This document shows positions 57,963 to 64,000 of a stretch of 64,000 nt of DNA, piece after piece (the stretch's first letter is position 1; every line of letters begins with the position of its first letter). The DNA lies in assembly GCA_001643675.2 (NCBI GenBank), contig LSRY02000012.1, positions 62,001 through 126,000 of the forward strand, in the 5' to 3' direction. A model generated the notes under the pieces. It was not told where the DNA came from, searched no databases, and saw only the letters and a list, made by a program, of their open reading frames with translations. A program made the translations under genes and the position numbers. The DNA is from Monocercomonoides exilis PA203. Taxonomy: Eukaryota > Protista > Preaxostyla.

Positions 57963-60693
57963 ATGTCATATGGCATTGAATATCCCAATAAAGCTCCTGA
58001 AACCAGAAAAATTAGGACAACAACAATCTTTACTGCGATTATTGTTCTTATAAGTTCTACTCTTGGAGATGGTGTATTTTCAGCACCGCTAGGCTATGAA
58101 AATAGTGGACTCGCCATTGCAATTTTAATTCAATGTGCATTAATGATGGTTTCATACGTAACATTCTATTTTTTGATTGAAGTATCAGATCTTATTGGCG
58201 TTTACACATATGCTGACGTTTGAAACATGTATTTATTTAATGCATCGTAACAAAAGATATTTTATATTTTTGTTTGATATATTTACCTTTTTTTGGACAT
58301 AGTTGGCCGAAATTGTGTTTGGAAATTGGGGAGTATTAATTGTTGAAACATGCGGTTTAATTTGTAGTTTTGGCTCGCTATGGGCATACGACATTCTGAT
58401 GAGTCATTTTATTTCTTCGCTGATGATTGCATTTGGCTTTGATGATGAATCAATCTGGGTGCAGCACTGGCTTATCTGCCTGATATTATTTGCCCTCTTA
58501 TATCTTCCTTTGTCTTGGCTAACCACACCTGGAATAATAAATGCATTTTCGTATTTTGGATTTTTTTCAATGGGATTTGTATTTTTCACAGTAATATTCC
58601 GATATTTTCATCCTTTCTCTGGAACTGGGAATGTAGATCCACCGGAACTTGTTGACACAGATTGGAAAACATTTCTCACATTTTCGACATTTTGCTCTGC
58701 ATTGTCATACCAGCCAAACGTACCAATTATTCAAGGAGAACTGAAAAGAGAGACAAAAAGGCCAATGTATTTTGTGTCTCTTCTCACTGTTACAGGAGTG
58801 TGGCTGTTTTATGCAGGCATAGGCATATTTGGCTTTTTTTCATTCACCACAAAAATGGAGACAGACGAGCGTGCTGGAAACATACTCGCCATGTATGACC
58901 ACAGAGACGTTCTGATTATCATTGCTCGTATCTGCTCCCTCATCACCATCACCTTCTGCTATCCTGCTGCTGCTGTCTCTGCGAAGGAGTCACTCGCCAC
59001 CATCGCAGCCACAATTCGCAAGATTTACCGCCACAGCAAATACAAACGGCGCTCTCACAAGAAAATTAAGGAAGAAGAAACCAAACTGGGGTTTAAGCGC
59101 GGGAAAAAAGCGAAATATTCAAAGGGGATTTTCAGTCGCAAAGAAATTCGAAAATCAAAGGAACGAAGCAAACCAGCAGCATTGACTGAAGAAGAGCAGC
59201 GGAAAGCAAAAGAAGCAGAAGAGAACGACGACATCTTTGCGAGCGAGCTGAAGAGGCTGATGGAAGAAGTGAAAGAGTCTGAAGAACAGGCGATCGAAGA
59301 AGATGACGACTTTGAGGAAGACGACGAAGACAGCGAGGATGTGATGGGCGATGGTGTGGAAATCGACGATGAAGAAGCTAAACTCGAGACAGCCGATTTT
59401 GTTGAATATTTGGAGGGAAAGATTGCAGTCGATGAAGAAGAAGAAATTCCAATGACCGAGACGGTTGATCTAGCACCCATTATGGAAGTTATTGAAGAGG
59501 AAACAGAGGATGAAAAGGACAACGACACAGAAAGCGATGACAATCGTGAAGACCCTTCGCCAAAGATGTCTGTTTCGGAATCGAACTCAGACATCCAGAA
59601 TGTCAGGTCAAGCTCTGCTCTGATGACACATGCACACCGACCGCACATGTCATACTCCACAAGCACTGACAAAATGCCTCTTCTTTCTCCTTTCAGACCG
59701 TCTCCTTTGCGCTATGCAGAGTCTGCATCTTCGTCTAACTTCTATTCAAACATTTCATCCTCTTCGCTCCACACACCCGTGTCATCTTCAGAAGCTTTAA
59801 CTCGAATGTACGGTTCCTCATCCACATCATCGCTGTCTTTGGCACATGGCTCACCGTCTCGTCCACTTCTGTCTCGCCAAAACTCCATTGCACGCCCAGC
59901 GCCAGTTGCGCAACACGGACTGTCCTCTCTTGGTGTACTGAATTGGGTCACAGAACGTAATTCCATCCACCACATTGTGCATTATCTGCCTTTCAGAGAA
60001 AGATTTGCTCATTCAATCGCATCTGCCGTAGCTGCTCCGATGGAATCTGACCAAACACCATCGCCGTCTTCGTCTCCAAACGAAATGTCTCCACAATCAT
60101 CTGTTATGATTATGCCCTCTCACTCATCATCGCGTCTTGTTCCATCTGCATCCACTGCATCGCTGACACGTCTTCATCGCTCTCAGTCAAAGCGCAGCCT
60201 GATACACATGGCACATGTAGCATCAAGAGCAGCACTTGCGCAGCTGAATGAGACGAAGAAGGAGAAAGGCAAGCAATGTCTGAAGAGAGTCTGCGGTGGA
60301 GACACGCAACGCTCATTGCTTCTTGGGTCGCTTGTGACTACAGTGATAACTGTGGTGTCTATCGTGTTTGATAAGGTGAACTTTGTGTTTGATGTGATCG
60401 GGTCCACAGCGTGTGTAGTTGTCGGAATCATCTTTCCATCTCTGCTGTATCTGCGACTGATGCTGAATCCAAGTAGATTTGTGAGAATGATGGAGACTGT
60501 CTTCTTCAATACGGAAGACCGCACTCCTGCTCTGCGCAAAAAGATGCTCGACATCCTGCAAAGCAAGCACCACTTCTCCTTCTGCACCGCATCTGCGGGT
60601 GTCTGTGTGTTTATAGGGTCTGTTCTTGGCTTGATCAGCCTCGTCATCGCTATTGTTTATGATACTCCCCTCTCCTCTCTTATTAAGCGTTGA
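57963..60693 (+). CDS. Amino acid transporter (Aa_trans / SLC38-AVT family) with a giant cytosolic loop
   Basis: ISSTLGDGVFSAPLGYENSG (TM1), TYAD|LAEIVFG (intron 58218-58302), ALSYQPNVPIIQGEL, GIFGFFSF..GNILAMY, V.FDVIGS..IIFPSLLY. Confidence 0.9.
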
Positions 60694-61389
60694 TTGCTTC
60701 TGTTGGTAGATATTCAATTATACCTTTCATTTGCTTCGTTCTTCTTTATTTGCAATGGCATAATTATTATGCTGTGTTTAATGCATGTTTTTTTATCTGT
60801 TTACATGAATTTCTTCGCGGTTTTATTCATTAATTGAAAACTTACAAAATTTGTGTGTTACTTCAAAGATGAGCCATCTAACACTTTTGCACTCTGTCGC
60901 CTTTGGATGAAAAGAAAATGAATGAGATTTGACGGTGCTTCAAATTTCAACAAACTTCGTTGCTCAATCAAATCAATTAAGTTCTCAAGAGGAATTGCTC
61001 CATCTGTTCTATCTTTCATAAGCTTTGCTTATTATTATTATTTCTGGCAATTATAGAGCAATATTTTCAAACGTTTGGAATTCTATTTTATTTTCGATTT
61101 GATGCAAGTTAACACTCAAAGATTCTCTTTCCAAACAGCTTATCTTCCTTTCAAATAACTCGTTTTCTCCTAATTATTTTTAGATAATCAATACAACGGA
61201 GCACAATTAACAGTCCATTTTTTCTTCCCTTCGTTCAAAAATAATTCAAACTGAAATATTTCATTGACTTTAAAATTTATTATTTGTTTAAACTAAAATA
61301 TCAAAACGTGAAATGTAAATTACAATTTGTAATAACAAAACATTTTTTTGATTAGCAGATAAAAGAAATGACAAAACTTATGAATTGCC

Positions 61390-62781
61390 TCATAGCTCAC
61401 CTTCGCTTAGTTCAATTGATTTTGATTTTCTCGAAGCGCTGTCCGATTTTTTCTCCTTTCTTCTTTCCTTTTTGTCGGAATCTTTGTCTCTGCCTCTTTC
61501 TTTTGAGCTGCGATGCTTATGAGGTCTCGTAATGCGCCTTCCACCAATAGATAGGCTGCTGCTGTCATCGTCATCTTCGCTGTCTTCGTCCATCGACTTT
61601 GCCCTTTTCCCTTCATTCTTCGCATCGCTATCATCGCTTTTATCACTTGCGTGTTCGTGTTTGCTGTGGTGCGAGTGGCGCCTGTGCGATCTTTCCCGGT
61701 CTCTTCTCGAACTTCTGTCTCTGTCTCTATCTCTATCCCTATCCCTGTCTCTGTCTCTGTCCCTGTCTCTGTCACGGTCATATCCTCTGTCTCTTCGTCT
61801 GTCGGCGTCTGAGCTTCTCTCTCGATGCCGATCACGATAGCGATCTCTATCTCTCTCTCTCTCTCTGTCTCTATCTCGATCCCTATCCCTATCCCTATCT
61901 CTTCCTCGATCTCTGTCCCTTTCTCGGTCTCGGTCTCTGTCTCTGTCTCTTTTACGATCTTTTTCAATGTCTCGGCTTCTTTCCTTTTCCTTTTCTCTGA
62001 TCCTTTCTCGCTCGCGGGCACTATCTTTATCATTTTCAGTTTCAGCTTTTTCAGATTTCTTTGTTTTTTTGTCTGAATCATCTTCAGGCTTTTGCGCACG
62101 CTTCCGCGCTTTTTGAGAAGAAAGGATGTTTTCCTGCGCCTCTCGCAACAGACGATATCCAGTGTGTAATTTCCCTGCAAAATGATCTGCAAGTCGTCGA
62201 TCATTTTCAGCGGCAAATAAAGATGCACCACACACAGCACAAACACGAAGATTGCGATGTCCTACCGCCAATTGAGAAGCTCCTGAAATATCGTCTCTCA
62301 CTTTTTTTAAAGCTTCTGCTTGATCAACAAATTTCTCGGCTTCTTCTATGTCCCCATCTTCTCCAGATTGTTCAGCTCGTTTCAGTAGATCCTTTATTTG
62401 CAGCGTTAATTCTACGGCTTTTGCATTATCTGGATCTCCAAAGTTTTCAACAGCTTTTTTCTGTTCAGCTTCTTGTATTTTTTGATCACAATCATCAATC
62501 CATCTTTGAATAATTCGGAGAACATCATCCTCAATTCCCCAAATATCTCTACCCTCACGCTCTTTTGCTCGTTCATAATCAAGTTTAACAACATCATCAT
62601 GCAAAAAACGGCATTCGCCACATTCTGCTTTTGTATTCAAAAACAGATGATGAGGGCACACTCCAAGCAAGTAGCATCGGCAAACTTGTCTGTCTGTAAA
62701 CGATGTTGAACCGCGTCGCTTTTCTGCCTCTTCTTCTTGGCTTATAAGAGCCTCAAGTTGGGCTTTGAAAATATTTGCCAT
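61390..62781 (-). CDS. LUC7: LUC7 U1 snRNP-associated splicing factor
   Basis: ZnF1 VCRCYLLGVCPHHLFLNTKAECGEC..H, ZnF2 LRVCAVCGASL..NDRRLADHFAGKLHTGY, and an RD/RE-rich tail. Confidence 0.95.
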   Translation of the reverse strand: MANIFKAQLEALISQEEEAEKRRGSTSFTDRQVCRCYLLGVCPHHLFLNTKAECGECRFLHDDVVKLDYERAKEREGRDIWGIEDDVLRIIQRWIDDCDQKIQEAEQKKAVENFGDPDNAKAVELTLQIKDLLKRAEQSGEDGDIEEAEKFVDQAEALKKVRDDISGASQLAVGHRNLRVCAVCGASLFAAENDRRLADHFAGKLHTGYRLLREAQENILSSQKARKRAQKPEDDSDKKTKKSEKAETENDKDSARERERIREKEKERSRDIEKDRKRDRDRDRDRERDRDRGRDRDRDRDRDRDRERERDRDRYRDRHRERSSDADRRRDRGYDRDRDRDRDRDRDRDRDRDRDRSSRRDRERSHRRHSHHSKHEHASDKSDDSDAKNEGKRAKSMDEDSEDDDDSSSLSIGGRRITRPHKHRSSKERGRDKDSDKKERRKEKKSDSASRKSKSIELSEGEL

Positions 62782-62962
62782 AGATCCTTGAAAAAGTTTT
62801 AATTGAAAAATTAATCATCGTAAAATATAAAATAAATCATATTAAAAATAATGCCAACCTTGCTATTTGTTTATTTATTCAACAAACAACACGCTTTTAA
62901 AAAAACAAAAAAGAAGTGGCAAGAATATTTCTTATGATGGTAAGATCTAAGATGAATGAAAA

Positions 62963-64000
62963 ATGAGTTGTCTCACATGCTTGCAATTGAAAAACAAAAA
63001 ACAATTATTGAAAACAGGATGTTCTGCTCTTGACATTTTGCTTAATGGGGGAATTGATACAATGGGAATTACAGAAATATGCGGGGAATCGTCTGTTGGA
63101 AAAACGCAACTCTGCTTTCAATTATGTTGCACGGTACAACTTCCTTGTCAAATTGGTGGATTAAATGGATCTGCATGCTATATAACCAGTGATTTTCAGG
63201 TCAAAACAGAGAGATTGAGTGAAATTGGTCGAAGTATTGCTTCAAAAGAAGAATTTCATGGTCTGCTTCAAAATTTTAGAATTATGATATTTTGTTATAT
63301 TTTATTTTATCACATTTAGTTGATTGGGATTTTAATGATAACATTTATATCCAAAGAGCAGCAACATCTTCAACGTTGTTGAAAAGTGTTACTGATTCTC
63401 TTCCAAAGCTAATTGAAGAAAAATCAATAAAACTAATTGTTATAGACTCACTTCCATCAAGTATGCTTTTCATTAGTAGATATACAATGATTGCGTTTCT
63501 TTTTTCCCATTATCTTGAAAAATCTTTTATTCCAGTAATAAGGGGAGAATTCGAGCAAGATGAAATAACGAAAAGGTCAAATTTTCTTGGATCCCTCGTA
63601 AATCAGCTTCAAGTTTGAAAACAATAAAAAGTTAGTTCAAAAAAAACATATTTTTTCATTTGTTATTCTGCTACAGACTTTAAGTTATAAATACGAGCTT
63701 GCCGTTGTTGTTGTAAACGAAGTTGTTGCACAGATGAACGAGGATGATGATTCAATGAAATATAATTTCACTTCACTTCTTGCTGATTACCAGCAAGTAA
63801 CCACTTCTTCACTCGAAGCTTCAGCCTCTCCTCCTCTCTCAACGCCAACTGCAGAATTGAAAACTGATTCATCAAACACTTCATTTATTCATCCACTTAA
63901 CGATTTTGTAACACTTCCACCATATCACAGCGAGTTTGAAGGGATGCGTCCGTCTTTGGGATTGTTTTGGTCAAGCTCTGTTAATACGCGCTTGCTTTTG
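62963..64000 (+). CDS. XRCC3: Rad51 paralogue XRCC3/Rad57-like, multi-exon, 3'-truncated by the window
   Basis: LKTGCSALDILLNGGI..GITEICGESSVGKTQLCFQLCCTVQLP..GGLNGSACYI; Walker B LIVIDS; AVVVVNEV; RPSLGLFWSSSVNTRLLL. Confidence 0.82.

Noticed and set aside
60858-61220. Possible small minus-strand spliced gene (AKLMKDRTDGAIPLENLIDLIEQR)
   Set aside because: I could not build a consistent in-frame exon chain; RNA-seq is needed.
1-64000. Alternative genetic code (TAA/TAG = Gln, as in some oxymonads)
   Set aside because: Conserved genes end at TAA/TAG/TGA at the expected positions, and multi-kb ORFs have no in-frame TAR.

Overview
Gene-dense eukaryotic (protist) DNA with AT-rich intergenic spaces, short spliceosomal introns (about 50-160 nt), the standard genetic code and proteins inflated by Ser/Glu low-complexity inserts. 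The style resembles the oxymonad Monocercomonoides, but that is an inference only. About 20 host genes are supported: COMMD9, a giant M1 aminopeptidase, a dysbindin-like protein, an RMI1-like protein, NFX1, ZNHIT1/SWC6, an RRM/RS protein, farnesyltransferase beta, Fcf2, a NEK kinase, an MRH-like type I membrane protein, ARPC4, an LPCAT-like acyltransferase, EHD, an Aa_trans transporter, LUC7, XRCC3 and several hypotheticals. Four things stand out. (1) A full-length, young pogo/Fot1-like DD35D DNA transposon (22121-24341, 42-bp TIRs, TA flanks) whose transposase contains a spliceosomal intron and needs a -1 frameshift at a U_UUU_UUU run followed by a hairpin. (2) Two fully palindromic ~380-395-bp foldback MITEs (47397-47774, 48008-48402) with arm-to-arm co-variation and a TIR architecture like the pogo element's. 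(3) An older interleaved inverted-repeat element at about 46.3-46.8 kb. (4) An unusual GTNTG 5' splice consensus, including two GC-AG introns. All gene models were spliced by eye and no searches were run.
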